52,556 bases of DNA. It comes from Candidatus Micrarchaeota archaeon. Its GTDB lineage: Archaea > Micrarchaeota > Micrarchaeia > Micrarchaeales > Micrarchaeaceae. A program made the translations under genes and the position numbers. The notes beneath the pieces are model-generated. The model did no database searches and was not told the DNA's origin. It worked only from the letters and a program-made list of their open reading frames with translations. Where the stretch lies: positions 1 to 52,556 of the forward strand of contig JAGWGP010000001.1 in the NCBI GenBank assembly GCA_028867285.1. The letters run 5' to 3'. Below are positions 16,448 to 26,697 of the stretch, in pieces (position 1 is the stretch's first letter; the number at the start of each line of letters is the position of its first letter).

Positions 16448-19400
16448 CTACGGCATCGTGTAGTTATTCGTGACCCAAGAGGGCTTCGCCTGCTTGACCG
16501 GCAGGGTGCCGGTGTAGTTGTTGAGCTGGTATATCATTATCGGGTTGGTGTAGTTGACCATGTTAACCCCCTGGGGCGTGCTCGGGTACACCAGGGTGAA
16601 GCCCGGCAGGTCGTGCAGGAAGAATCCCCTGTAGAAGTTTGACGTGTAGAAGCCCGACGGCGGGTTGGTTATGGTACCGTTGGGGCCGTTGGGCAGGTAT
16701 ATCATGAGGAACTGGACCACCTGCACACCTGAGACGCTGAAGCTGCCGAACGCCAGGCTGCTCTGTATGACCATGTTGGTCGGCCTGCCGGCGGTGTCGT
16801 AGACCTTGAGCACCCCGTTCTTGTCGGGATTAGTGCTGACGCACACGGTCTGGTTCTCGAGCGAGTTGCCGTTCACCAGGAACGCCCTCGCGTAGACGTT
16901 TGTGGCGTTGGATATCGAGCAGTATGTGTTTATGTTCTGCTGTATTCCCGACTGCGGGACCAACGCCGCATAGGGCACCAGTGCGAATTGCGGATCGTGG
17001 TTTATCTCGCAGTTTGAGTTGCCCAGCATGTAAGGCACGGGCGGGTTCTGTAGGGCACCCTGACCTATGGCGAATGCCCTTGAAGTGGCATTGACGTTGA
17101 CGCACGCGAGGAAGTCCAGGGCCTGCCACTTGGATATCAGGTCCTGGTCGAACAGTACGTACTTGGTCTGGTTTGTGTTCATGTAGTTTGCCAGCGTCTG
17201 CGGCGAGTAGTTGTAGCTCGGGCCGAGCACGAAGTTTGCGGCGGTGCCGTAGTCCTCCTGGGCGTAGGCGTTGTCGCCCCTGAGCACGGCGTTGCTGTTG
17301 CCGAACCAGTTTATCCAGTCCCCGTAGTCCCACCATGCGAGTATCCTGGGGGCATAGGGGCCCACGTTCTGCCTCATCCATGCGGTGGCCTGCACCCAGT
17401 AGCCCTGCACCTGGTTGCAGAACAGGTTGGCGCCCATCGCGTTGCCGCTTGCCTGGAATGCGGAGCACGCCTGCGACGGGTTGCTGGCGAACGTGGCAGC
17501 CCCAGCAAAGAGCTGCACGAACGATGCGCTCTCAGAGAGGAAGAACGTTCCGGATATGAACGGGAATATGAACAGTATCACAGTCAGTATTATCAGGTTC
17601 CTGTCTGCCTTGCTCAGCGCGGCCTTCTTTATCAGCTTGGCGTCTGCAATGAGATATATCAGGGAGAGAACCAGCGCCGGGACCCCGAACAGGAGGAACA
17701 GGCTTATGATTAACGCCCCGCCCATGAGCTGCCTGTGGGTCGTGTATACATCGGAGGGGAAGTGCTCGGTGGTGGCCCCGCCGGAATTGACCGCAAGCCT
17801 CCTTCCGCTGTGGTAGAAGTATGCAAGCTCGCCTATGGTAATGCAGAACAGCATGATGTATGCCACGCCGAGGTGGGGCAGGTACTTCACCTCAGAGAAT
17901 CCCGCGAACATTAGCGGGAGGGCGATGCCCAGGTAAAGCACAGCCGTCCTGCTGTTCCTGACTATTATGCTCACCGCCAGCATGATTATGCTCATTATCG
18001 ATACTGCCCAGACGAATATTGGCAGGCCAAACAGGTTTGCGCCTATTGCGCCGAAGCCCGCCGCGCCGAAGTTGTAGAGGAGACCTGTCGGGATGTACTC
18101 CTGGACCGTCATGAACAGCGCCTTCGACGGCGTTGTGAACTTAGCGCTCAGCTGCAGGTATCCCTGCACGGGCTTCCCGAGAGGAGTGAGCAGCACAAGC
18201 AGCCCGACTATTATGAATATGCCAATTACCACCGCAAGCCTCGACACCGCGGTCGGATTCCTGGATACCATCGGGGAGAGCCTCTTGGACAGGACCTCGA
18301 TCACTGCCACCATGACCAACGAGGCTATGGGGAATGCGATGGTGGTGGGTATGCCGACTATCGTCGGTATGCCTCCGCCGTATACCGCCTTGTACGGCTC
18401 GTATATCGCCAGGAATATGGCTATAACGGCAAGAACTATGCCGTTCATCTTGTAGAAGTCGAGGCTGACCTTGCCCTCCCTTATGATGTCTATGACCCCC
18501 TGGAAGATTATGTAGACCGCGAGTATCCCGGCGTCAACCGTGTAGTAGTGCGCGCCCAGGAACGTGGAAACGAATGCGAGCCCGGCGAGTATGGCGAGGC
18601 TCTTGCTCTTCGGGTTCCTTATCGCAATCATGTATGCGGCGAAGAAGAAGAACAGCGAGAATATCCCCCACGGCTCTAGCAGCTGCTCGCCAGCTATGAA
18701 GGTTGTTAGCAGCACCGGCATCATGGATGTGAATGCGGCACCTATGAGCGCGATCCTGGCGTCGTACTCATGATACAGCAGCATGAATATCACGAACACC
18801 AGTAGCGCCGCCGTTATCGGAGGGTAGACGCTGGACACCAGGCTCATGAGCGTGGTGCTGAAGTTGGCGAGGTGATATGTGCTGGAGTTGACCAGGCTGT
18901 ACCAGTATGCCTCTATGTAGGGGACGAGGGGCTGTATCCTCATCACCGTGCCGTTGGCTACGGCGGGCCATGCGGATGTGGAGAGGTAGAACTGGCTTCC
19001 GAAAGTGAGTATGGACTGGGTAGCCAGCATGTCGAAGTATGGATCGAACTCGAAGAACGTCGGGGAGACGCTTATGTTTATTATCCTGGTGTAGAAGGTT
19101 ATCAGCATCAGCGCGAGCAGTATGGCCCAGACCCACCAGGGCGTCTGCTTCCTTGCGTGGGTGTGCTCGTGATGGACCTGGGGGGCTGGCTGCTCGTGCC
19201 TCTTCTCGGTTATGAACGAGCTGAACGAGGTGGCGAACGGGCCGAAGCCTCCTGTGAGCGCCACGAGTATGAGCCCTATTACGGTGAGCACAAGCGCGTT
19301 GGCCTCGAAAAGCCCTAGCGAGAACGAGAATGCGCTCGAGTAGTTGATGAGGTAGGATTCAGCCCACGTCATCGCTGCCGGGAATATCAGGCCGAATATG

Positions 19401-19525
19401 AACCCGATGGTGAGCACTTCGAACATGTGCAGCTCGGTCTTCCTTAGCAGGGCGTATGCGAGCAGCGCGCCTGGCACGAACATTGACACGAACGCGATGA
19501 CTATGCTCGCTATGATGCCGAACAT
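16448..19525 (-). CDS. aglB: Oligosaccharyltransferase AglB (STT3)
   Basis: EFDPYF, TVQEY, AWWDYGDWI motif, DxxxxxK motif, many TM helices. Confidence 0.93.
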   Translation of the reverse strand: MFGIIASIVIAFVSMFVPGALLAYALLRKTELHMFEVLTIGFIFGLIFPAAMTWAESYLINYSSAFSFSLGLFEANALVLTVIGLILVALTGGFGPFATSFSSFITEKRHEQPAPQVHHEHTHARKQTPWWVWAILLALMLITFYTRIINISVSPTFFEFDPYFDMLATQSILTFGSQFYLSTSAWPAVANGTVMRIQPLVPYIEAYWYSLVNSSTYHLANFSTTLMSLVSSVYPPITAALLVFVIFMLLYHEYDARIALIGAAFTSMMPVLLTTFIAGEQLLEPWGIFSLFFFFAAYMIAIRNPKSKSLAILAGLAFVSTFLGAHYYTVDAGILAVYIIFQGVIDIIREGKVSLDFYKMNGIVLAVIAIFLAIYEPYKAVYGGGIPTIVGIPTTIAFPIASLVMVAVIEVLSKRLSPMVSRNPTAVSRLAVVIGIFIIVGLLVLLTPLGKPVQGYLQLSAKFTTPSKALFMTVQEYIPTGLLYNFGAAGFGAIGANLFGLPIFVWAVSIMSIIMLAVSIIVRNSRTAVLYLGIALPLMFAGFSEVKYLPHLGVAYIMLFCITIGELAYFYHSGRRLAVNSGGATTEHFPSDVYTTHRQLMGGALIISLFLLFGVPALVLSLIYLIADAKLIKKAALSKADRNLIILTVILFIFPFISGTFFLSESASFVQLFAGAATFASNPSQACSAFQASGNAMGANLFCNQVQGYWVQATAWMRQNVGPYAPRILAWWDYGDWINWFGNSNAVLRGDNAYAQEDYGTAANFVLGPSYNYSPQTLANYMNTNQTKYVLFDQDLISKWQALDFLACVNVNATSRAFAIGQGALQNPPVPYMLGNSNCEINHDPQFALVPYAALVPQSGIQQNINTYCSISNATNVYARAFLVNGNSLENQTVCVSTNPDKNGVLKVYDTAGRPTNMVIQSSLAFGSFSVSGVQVVQFLMIYLPNGPNGTITNPPSGFYTSNFYRGFFLHDLPGFTLVYPSTPQGVNMVNYTNPIMIYQLNNYTGTLPVKQAKPSWVTNNYTMP

Positions 19526-19562
19526 GCTAACCAGTTTTAATATGATGCGGGGTTGCTTTGCT

Positions 19563-20186
19563 TCAGCCGCTCATTATCGACTTCGGGAGCTCCACCTTCT
19601 TCATCTCCCTGTCGGGGAAAACCGTGCCCGGGGGCACTATCCTCACCTTGACGCCGATAGCCCCGTACTTCGGGTAGGCGGTGGCCTCGGCCTCAGACAC
19701 CAGGTTGGTGACGTCGCCGGCCTTCGGTATGTAGCCGATGCTCTTCCTGATGGTCTTGGCACGGGCGCCCTTGGCCGCGAGCTTGCCGCTCGCCACTATC
19801 TCTGCGCCGAGCGCACCGTTCTCCATGACCTCCCTCAGGCTGCCCTGTATGATCTTCCTGGCGTTGATGCCCCTCTCTAGCTTCTCCGCTATGCTCTTAG
19901 CGACAAGAAGCGGCTCGAGCATGCGGTTCTCGACCTCCATGACGTTTATCTGGGGGTTCTCGACGCTGAATCTCTTCCTTATCGTATCAGTGATCGTGTC
20001 TATGGTCTTGCCCGCCCTTCCTATTACCCTTCCCGGGTTCAGCACGTAGACGGTTATCCTTGTGAGCACAGGGGTCTTCTGTATCTCCACCCTAGAGAAT
20101 CCGGCCCTGGTCAGTTCCTTTGCCAGGTACTTGGACATGTTCAGCTTTATTATCGCGTCATCTATGAACTTTCTCTCTATTGTCAT
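19563..20186 (-). CDS. rps3: Ribosomal protein uS3
   Basis: PGRVIGRAGK KH motif, GAEIVASGKL, GAIGVKVRI. Confidence 0.96.
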   Translation of the reverse strand: MTIERKFIDDAIIKLNMSKYLAKELTRAGFSRVEIQKTPVLTRITVYVLNPGRVIGRAGKTIDTITDTIRKRFSVENPQINVMEVENRMLEPLLVAKSIAEKLERGINARKIIQGSLREVMENGALGAEIVASGKLAAKGARAKTIRKSIGYIPKAGDVTNLVSEAEATAYPKYGAIGVKVRIVPPGTVFPDREMKKVELPKSIMSG

Positions 20187-20188
20187 CG

Positions 20189-20932
20189 TTACACCTTGTT
20201 CTCGGCCGTTGCCACGGGCTTGGGCGCCTCCGGCTTGGCCATCGGCTGCGGTGCCTTAGGCTCCGCCTTTGCCGGCACCTTTGCCTCGTGGTCGTGCTCA
20301 TGGTCGTGCTTGTGCCCCTCGGCCTTCCTCTCCTCCTTCCTCTGCTTCTTCACCGCCTTGAGCCTCCTGTCCTCCTCCCTCTCTACGCGCTTGTTCTCGT
20401 CGAACTTGGAGAAGGTCTTGATAAGCTTCTGCGTCTTCTTGCTGAGCGTCTTCTTGGCATCGGTGCTGAGCCCGATCTCCACCCTTGCGAACTCCAGGTC
20501 GCTCCTCCTCATGGAAGAGTATCCGTAGCCTCCGACAGTGACCGATCTCACCCCCTTCGGGGGCGACCTTCCGGCTATAAGCGTCTTGTTGGCCGCTATG
20601 TGGACAACATACATCAGATCCGGGGCGAAGCCCTTGCTCTCTGCGTTGGCCTTTGCGTTGACCAGCACCTTCTTGACTATGGCGGCGCACTTCTTCGGGA
20701 ACCTTCCCTTCTTGCCCTGCAGCTCGCCCCTGGAGGCCATGTACTTGTTGTGCCTCCTGTAGAGGACAGCCTTGCCGTCGTAGATGACGCCGTCCAGTAT
20801 GTTGAGCGCCGCGTTGACGCTCCTGAACCTCACCGCATCGCAGACCGCGCACAGGTCCTTGTAGCTGGCGTTGATGTCCTTCGCCGCGGCGAAGACCATG
20901 TCGCTCCTGTCAAGATTGTATGAATACTTCAA
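20189..20932 (-). CDS. rpl22: Ribosomal protein uL22 with C-terminal extension
   Basis: GRFPKKCA, NAKANAESKG; position in operon; TTG start. Confidence 0.93.
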   Translation of the reverse strand: MKYSYNLDRSDMVFAAAKDINASYKDLCAVCDAVRFRSVNAALNILDGVIYDGKAVLYRRHNKYMASRGELQGKKGRFPKKCAAIVKKVLVNAKANAESKGFAPDLMYVVHIAANKTLIAGRSPPKGVRSVTVGGYGYSSMRRSDLEFARVEIGLSTDAKKTLSKKTQKLIKTFSKFDENKRVEREEDRRLKAVKKQRKEERKAEGHKHDHEHDHEAKVPAKAEPKAPQPMAKPEAPKPVATAENKV

Positions 20933-21325
20933 TTACTTCACCGCAAGGAACTTGCTTCCACGTGTCGCCCTTATTCCTGGGGCGGAGTGGAGCACCCTCT
21001 TCGTCGTGTATGCGAACTCGCCCAGCCTGTGGCCGAGCATATTGGCGCTTATCTGCAGCGCCTGGAACTCCTTTCCGTTGTGGACCTCGAACTTGACGCC
21101 GATCCACGAGGGGATTATGACGGCCTCCCTTATGTGGGTCCTTATAGGCTTGGTCTTGCCCGCCCTCTTGTACTCCTCGACCTTTGCGAGCAGCTTCTTG
21201 TAATCGAGCCCGTTCCTCTTCATGCTCCTCCTCTCCCTGGACTTCACCAGGCCGAGGTACTGCTTCTGGTCCAGCTTCTCGGCGTCTGCCGGGTACATTC
21301 CTCTAAATGCGATCTTCTCTGGCAT
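20933..21325 (-). CDS. rps19: Ribosomal protein uS19
   Basis: IRTHIRE, VHNGKEF, MLGHRLGEF, ATRGSKF. Confidence 0.96.
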   Translation of the reverse strand: MPEKIAFRGMYPADAEKLDQKQYLGLVKSRERRSMKRNGLDYKKLLAKVEEYKRAGKTKPIRTHIREAVIIPSWIGVKFEVHNGKEFQALQISANMLGHRLGEFAYTTKRVLHSAPGIRATRGSKFLAVK

Positions 21326-21329
21326 CGAT

Positions 21330-22043
21330 TCATCTCTTCTTCCTTCCTACCCTGCTGGCGGCTATGTGGCCGACCTTCCTTCCCGGCGGCGCGTTCCTGG
21401 AGGTCATGCTGCTCTTTCCCTTGTGGTGCTGCTTGCCTCCGAACGGGTGGTCCACGGGGTTCATCTTTACTCCCCTCTGGACCGGCCAGGTCCTGTTTAG
21501 CGTCCTCATTATGTAGTGTGCCTTTCCTGCCTTTACAAGCGGCTGGTCCGTCATTCCGCCTCCGGCGACGACTCCGAGCTGTGCCCTGCACTCGTTGCTC
21601 AGGTTTATCGTGGACTTGGATGGCATCGATATCGTGGTGCTGTCGCCTATGTGCGCGGATATGTATGCCGCGCCGCCTGCGGATCTCACGTACCTTCCTC
21701 CATCGCCGGGCCTGGACTCCACGTTGTAGACCGGGGCTCCCTCGGGCACGTCGCCGAGCTTCATCACGTTGCCCAGCGAGTAGACCGGCTTGGGCCCTAT
21801 GTGGACCTTGTCCCCTACCTTTATCCCCTCGGGGGCGATCAGGTGGGTCGTGGTGAAGTCCTCAAATAGTATCTCCATCAGCGGAGCGGTGTGTCCCGTG
21901 TGGTTTATGAAGCCGACTACCTCGCCGGATATCTCCTTGTCCCTGTCGTTGGTGTAGGTGACCTTCAGGTCGAAGGTATTGGGCAGCTTCCTGTACACGT
22001 TTGTGCCCTTTCCTCTCCTCTGTTGCCTGAGTCTCTTTCCCAT
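21330..22043 (-). CDS. rpl2: Ribosomal protein uL2
   Basis: MGKRLRQQRRG, RGVKMNPVDHPFGG, PPGRKVGHIA. Confidence 0.97.
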   Translation of the reverse strand: MGKRLRQQRRGKGTNVYRKLPNTFDLKVTYTNDRDKEISGEVVGFINHTGHTAPLMEILFEDFTTTHLIAPEGIKVGDKVHIGPKPVYSLGNVMKLGDVPEGAPVYNVESRPGDGGRYVRSAGGAAYISAHIGDSTTISMPSKSTINLSNECRAQLGVVAGGGMTDQPLVKAGKAHYIMRTLNRTWPVQRGVKMNPVDHPFGGKQHHKGKSSMTSRNAPPGRKVGHIAASRVGRKKR

Positions 22044-22045
22044 TG

Positions 22046-22303
22046 TTACACCAGCTTTAGCTTTACCGCGACATCGCTCGCGTTGAATCCCTTGGCGAGC
22101 TTGATGAGCGCCTTCTTCTTGTTGTTCGGCAGGTTTATCGTCCTTATGCTCGCCACCTTGACGCTGAACCTGGACTCGAACTCCTTCGATATGTCGGTCT
22201 TTGATGCCCTGAAGTCCACCATATAGGTTATCGTGTTGTTCCTGTCGACGAAACCCACGGACTTTTCGGTTGACACAGGGTGCATTAGTACGGTCATGAT
22301 CAT
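22046..22303 (-). CDS. rpl23: Ribosomal protein uL23
   Basis: HPVSTEKS, VDFRASK, KKALIKL; start at 22303 or 22297. Confidence 0.93.
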   Translation of the reverse strand: MIMTVLMHPVSTEKSVGFVDRNNTITYMVDFRASKTDISKEFESRFSVKVASIRTINLPNNKKKALIKLAKGFNASDVAVKLKLV

Positions 22304-23070
22304 CAGCTCAGCGAGTACTTCTCTATTGCGGAGTCCATGTGCTTTATCGCGCTCTCGCTCCATACTGCCATCCTTCCGGAGTTTCCTCCTGGCGCGAGGA
22401 GGTTGGCCCTCATCGTGGCCACGGTGCAGACGTCAACGCCCGCTATGTTCCTGGCTGCCTTGAGCGCCGGGCTCTCCTTGCTCACCACAAGCAGGACTGA
22501 CCTCTTGTAGTGCCTGATCCTCGATGAGCGCCTGAGCCCCTTCCTTATGCTGGGCTTCCTGCTCTGCTCGAGGTAGTCCGAGAGCTTGAGCTTGTTGAAT
22601 ACGCCGACCATCTCCCTCGCCCTCTTTATCTCCTCTATCTTGTCCTCAACGACAAGAGGCGACTCCCTTGCGGTAGCGGATATGGCGCTAGCGAGGGCCT
22701 TTTGGTACTCCCTCTTGTTTATCCTCTCAATAAGTATCTTCTCGACAACGTGAGGGTGGGCCCTCTTTCCCTTCACTGCGGAGGGTATCCTCTTGACCTT
22801 GCCCTGCACCCCGCCTCCGAGCTTCTCCCTCGGCCTTATCGCCTTACCCATGTGCCTTCCGGTTCTGTACGAGTGCATCGCACCGAAGTACGTGGCTGTG
22901 GTCTGCATGCCGGCAAGCGGGTAGTGGCCCTGCGGCTGGAGCTCGTAGCTCCTCTCCGCTAGCACCGCCCTGCGTATCAGGTCTTCCCTGACCTGCTCGG
23001 AGAACGCCTTCGGCAGTTCCACCGTGCCCTTGTTCGTTCCCTCGATTGAAAGTACGTTAGCTGTTGCCAT
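22303..23070 (-). CDS. rpl4: Ribosomal protein uL4
   Basis: VREDLIRRAV, GKRAHP, RINKRE, AARNIAGVDV, LAPGG..GR..W. Confidence 0.95.
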   Translation of the reverse strand: MATANVLSIEGTNKGTVELPKAFSEQVREDLIRRAVLAERSYELQPQGHYPLAGMQTTATYFGAMHSYRTGRHMGKAIRPREKLGGGVQGKVKRIPSAVKGKRAHPHVVEKILIERINKREYQKALASAISATARESPLVVEDKIEEIKRAREMVGVFNKLKLSDYLEQSRKPSIRKGLRRSSRIRHYKRSVLLVVSKESPALKAARNIAGVDVCTVATMRANLLAPGGNSGRMAVWSESAIKHMDSAIEKYSLS

Positions 23071-23075
23071 TAATA

Positions 23076-24047
23076 TCACTGGTTGAGGTTGAACTGGTTG
23101 ACCTTGGGCTCCTTTATCCCCTTGGAGTTCCTGTTCGTTATCGACTTCTTCACCCTGACGAGCCTCTTGGCCGGGCCCGGAACCGAACCCATGACCACTA
23201 TGTAGTCGTTCCTGACCACCCCGTAGTGCCTGTATCCCTCCTTAGGGTTTATCTTCTGGGCGTCGGCCTTTGTGCCTATCTTAAGTATCCTCTTGTTGTG
23301 CTCGGTCCTGTAGTGGAATCCCATCTGTCCCGCCTGCGGCACTGTGTAAAGCACCTTGCCTGGGCTGAACGGACCCAGGGTACCGACGTGCCTGGTCTTC
23401 TGCGTCGCCTTGTGGAACAGCCTTGCAGTGCCGAACCTCTTTATCGTGCCCTGCCATCCCTTCCCTATGGTTATCGAACTGACGTCGACGTACTCGCCGT
23501 TCTTGAACATCTCGGAGGGAAGCAGCTCCTTCCCGAGCTTCGAGGCTATGAAGTCGAGCTTCTCCTCGATGCTCTTGCCGCCGATGTACGCCTCGAACCT
23601 GACCGGGTGGTGCTGGCCTGTGGCCGTGCCCTTCGGGTACGCCACCGCCAATGCGGTCACATCGGTTATGTCGCCGAGCTTCTGCTTCAGCTGCTCGACC
23701 TTGCTCTCGTCATTCTTCAGGTTCTTTATCTTTAGCTTTGATGCTGATGCCTTGTTGTAGATCTCTGTGTGGGCGACAGGGTAGCCCGACAGGGGATCCC
23801 TTGTGTAAGCCCTTAGCCCGTAGATCTCAGTAGGAGGGACCTCGAGGATCGTGCACGCCTCCGCGACCTCGGTGTTCTTTGACGGAGACTCGCTGTCGTC
23901 TGTCATCGATACCTGGGTCATCCCCACCTTGTAAGCGACTATGTTTGAGAGCACCTGCTCGGTGATGTGCCTGGGCTTGGACCTGCTCCTCGGGAGCCTG
24001 GTCGTGGCCCTCCTCCTGTGCCAATATTGCATTGAGCCTCTGTGCAT
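23076..24047 (-). CDS. rpl3: Ribosomal protein uL3
   Basis: AYKVGMT, GKGWQGTIKRFG, QAGQMGFHYRTE, GSVPGPAKR. Confidence 0.96.
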   Translation of the reverse strand: MHRGSMQYWHRRRATTRLPRSRSKPRHITEQVLSNIVAYKVGMTQVSMTDDSESPSKNTEVAEACTILEVPPTEIYGLRAYTRDPLSGYPVAHTEIYNKASASKLKIKNLKNDESKVEQLKQKLGDITDVTALAVAYPKGTATGQHHPVRFEAYIGGKSIEEKLDFIASKLGKELLPSEMFKNGEYVDVSSITIGKGWQGTIKRFGTARLFHKATQKTRHVGTLGPFSPGKVLYTVPQAGQMGFHYRTEHNKRILKIGTKADAQKINPKEGYRHYGVVRNDYIVVMGSVPGPAKRLVRVKKSITNRNSKGIKEPKVNQFNLNQ

Positions 24048-24162
24048 AGTCAACACTGTAGCATTGTTTTGGCCGAAAAAAGCAGCTTGTCAGTCTGCAC
24101 TGGAGCCAAAATATACGGATAAAAACCGCATATCATATTGTGTTGAATGTTTTTATATACCT

Positions 24163-24426
24163 TTACTTTTTGCCGAGATGCGGAACTTCCGGCGCAGGGA
24201 CCGATTCCAGAACGTGCAGGTCCTTGAGCGCAGAGTTTATCGTCGCCCTCAGCGCGGCGGGATCCCTTGCGGAAATCTCGATCTGAAACACGCCCGGGGT
24301 TTCCTTTATCCTTATGCTGCTCCTTTCGTGAGGGCCCATGTCGCCGAGAGCCCTCCCGTAGCTGATGCCCCTTGACTTGATTATCCTTATAGTGGCCGTG
24401 AACCTGTCGCCGCTCTTTACTGGCAA
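24163..24426 (-). CDS. pcc1: KEOPS complex subunit Pcc1
   Basis: ERSSI..IEISARDPAALRATINS; lies downstream of rpl15e. Confidence 0.8.
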   Translation of the reverse strand: MPVKSGDRFTATIRIIKSRGISYGRALGDMGPHERSSIRIKETPGVFQIEISARDPAALRATINSALKDLHVLESVPAPEVPHLGKK

Positions 24427-24430
24427 GCGA

Positions 24431-24997
24431 TCAGTTCCTCATGTTCTGTCTCTTGCTCGGCCTGAGCTTGGCGGTCGTGGAGCTCTTATACCTAAGGCCC
24501 CTGTGCTTCCTGCCCGAGGATGTAAGCCCCCTGAACGCCCTGTTCCTCTGGCCTATTATGCCTGCGTACTTGGGGTCGTTGATTATGGAAGGGCTGCCCC
24601 TGTCCAGGAGTATGACCTCGAAAAACTTGCTAGAGCCTGCAGAGCCGACGAAATAAGAGTTGAGCACCTCGCAGTTGGCGAACTTCCTTGCCGCCCTCTC
24701 CTCGGCTATGGACTGTGAGGACTTCCTCCTGGAGAAGTACATACCGCTCGAGTGGGGCTTCCTTCCGCCCGCGGGGTCCTTCCTCTTCTTCTTGCCTCCC
24801 TTGACCACGACCCTGGCGAGTATGACACCCTGCTTTGCCCTGTAGCCGAGCTTCCTTGCCCTGGCTATGTTGGTGGGCCTCTCTATCCTTATTATTGGAG
24901 CCTCAGTATTCCACTGGATTATCCTGGCCTTGTAGGCGTCGCTTCGCTCCTTGTACTCATTGATGAACGTCTCTCGCATCTGCTTGTACATGCTCAT
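24431..24997 (-). CDS. rpl15e: Ribosomal protein eL15
   Basis: RIERPT..RARKLGYRAKQG, IAEERAARK, VLNSY, FRGLTSSGRK.RGL. Confidence 0.97.
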   Translation of the reverse strand: MSMYKQMRETFINEYKERSDAYKARIIQWNTEAPIIRIERPTNIARARKLGYRAKQGVILARVVVKGGKKKRKDPAGGRKPHSSGMYFSRRKSSQSIAEERAARKFANCEVLNSYFVGSAGSSKFFEVILLDRGSPSIINDPKYAGIIGQRNRAFRGLTSSGRKHRGLRYKSSTTAKLRPSKRQNMRN

Positions 24998-25141
24998 TAA
25001 ATCAGCCGGCCGTATAAATAGAATTTATAGACAGCAATAGTATTGATAGCGCAAAATATATATAACTGCTTTCGTTATATCTACTCCATAGGGGATCTCT
25101 TTTTGCCTTATGGTCCACGGAATATCCGAAGAGTGCGTTTG

Positions 25142-25912
25142 ATGGCGATTGATGTAAGGAAGGAGGCTGAGGCCACCCAGGTCAACATAATGGTCGGCGG
25201 GCAGGCCAAGAGGATGAACAACGAGATCAAGGCGCTGCTGATGATAAACGGCGCCCCGCTCATCGAGAGGACGCTCAAGCAGTATGTGGAATGCGGTTTC
25301 AAGAGGTTCAACATACTCGCCGGGTACGGGCATGAGAAGATCGAGGACTACCTGAAGAACGACTCGGTTTATGCGAAGAGGGCGGACCTGCGGTTCTCCA
25401 TAGACGATCCTTCGTGGAAGGCTGCGGGAAAGGGCAAGGCCCTGAAGAAGGCGCTGGACGACAAGGTCATAGACCGTTCGATGAGGAGTGTGATAGTGCA
25501 CCCTGACGACATATTTTTCGACGACAGCGTGCCGTCAAAGATATTGGTGGGCCACATCGAGAACGACAAGCACTACTGGGCCACGGTCATCACCACATCT
25601 GGCACGGTTTACCCTTATGGTGAGGTCTTGGTCGACCCAAGCGGCAGGGTTGACAGGTTCGTGGCGAAGTCTTTCGTGGGAAAGTTCACCCACACGGGAT
25701 TGTCTGTCGTCGAGCCCCAGGTTTACGATGAGATAGAGAGGCTCGTCGACCTCGACAGCGGCGCTGCCCAGGAGTTCGAGAACGTGGTGCTGGAGAAGCT
25801 GGCCGCAGAGGGGAAGGTCGCAAACTTCACGATAAACCCGTATGGCATATGGATGTCGGTGAACACGCTCAAGGACTACGAGACCGCAAAGTCCATGCTT
25901 GAGGGCAAATAG
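25142..25912 (+). CDS. Sugar-phosphate nucleotidyltransferase family protein
   Basis: VGGQAKRM..IKALL..NG.PLIE, HPDDI, YGEV, WMSVNT. Confidence 0.8.
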   Translation: MAIDVRKEAEATQVNIMVGGQAKRMNNEIKALLMINGAPLIERTLKQYVECGFKRFNILAGYGHEKIEDYLKNDSVYAKRADLRFSIDDPSWKAAGKGKALKKALDDKVIDRSMRSVIVHPDDIFFDDSVPSKILVGHIENDKHYWATVITTSGTVYPYGEVLVDPSGRVDRFVAKSFVGKFTHTGLSVVEPQVYDEIERLVDLDSGAAQEFENVVLEKLAAEGKVANFTINPYGIWMSVNTLKDYETAKSMLEGK

Positions 25913-25920
25913 GCGATGCG

Positions 25921-26589
25921 ATGGAGTACAGGGCTTACGACCTGATAATATTCGACCTTGACGGGACGCTGATAGACAACAGGGACGCCATTGTGCACGC
26001 CTATAAGGAGATGCTGGCCGAGTTCGGCTACAAGTCGCCCCCCGTGGAATGGATATATACTAGGATAGGGCTCCCGCTGGACGGCACGTTCAGGATAATC
26101 AGCAACAATGCAGGGGAGGAGGTGGTGGGCAGGATGGTGGACAGCTTCCGGGACCATTACCTGAGGGAGTGCGACAACGGGGTGAGGATGCTCGATGGCG
26201 CAAAGGAGCTGCTGACCTACCTGAAGGACAACAGGTTCAAGGTTGGGCTAGCGACGACAAAGGGCGACGCTGGGGTCAAGGAGCTGCTTAGGCGCATGAA
26301 GATAGACCACCTCTTCGACCTTGCGGTCGGGCTCACCAGCGAGTTCAGGCCGAAGCCCGACCCCTCGATGCTGCTGTACATAATGGACAAGCTCTCTGTG
26401 GACAGGTCCAGGACGATGTTCGTGGGCGATACGCCGGTGGACGTGGCTGCCGCAAGGAATGCGAGGGTCAAGTCCGTGGCCGTGGCTACGGGGATAGACA
26501 TAGGCGCAACGACGCTTCGGGAGCTGAAGGCCTCGGATCCTGACATAATGGTGCAGAACATAATGGACGTGACCTCCTACCTGTACTGA
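25921..26589 (+). CDS. HAD-superfamily phosphatase (PGP-like)
   Basis: FDLDGTL, LATTK, KPDP, FVGDTPVD. Confidence 0.93.
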   Translation: MEYRAYDLIIFDLDGTLIDNRDAIVHAYKEMLAEFGYKSPPVEWIYTRIGLPLDGTFRIISNNAGEEVVGRMVDSFRDHYLRECDNGVRMLDGAKELLTYLKDNRFKVGLATTKGDAGVKELLRRMKIDHLFDLAVGLTSEFRPKPDPSMLLYIMDKLSVDRSRTMFVGDTPVDVAAARNARVKSVAVATGIDIGATTLRELKASDPDIMVQNIMDVTSYLY

Positions 26590-26697
26590 GGACAAGGTGG
26601 CATTTTCCCGAAAATTTCCCAATAAAATGTAAGTTTACACAACATATAAATATGAGGGGATGCGTAATTACTGTATCTGATTAAAGTGGTGCTTCCG

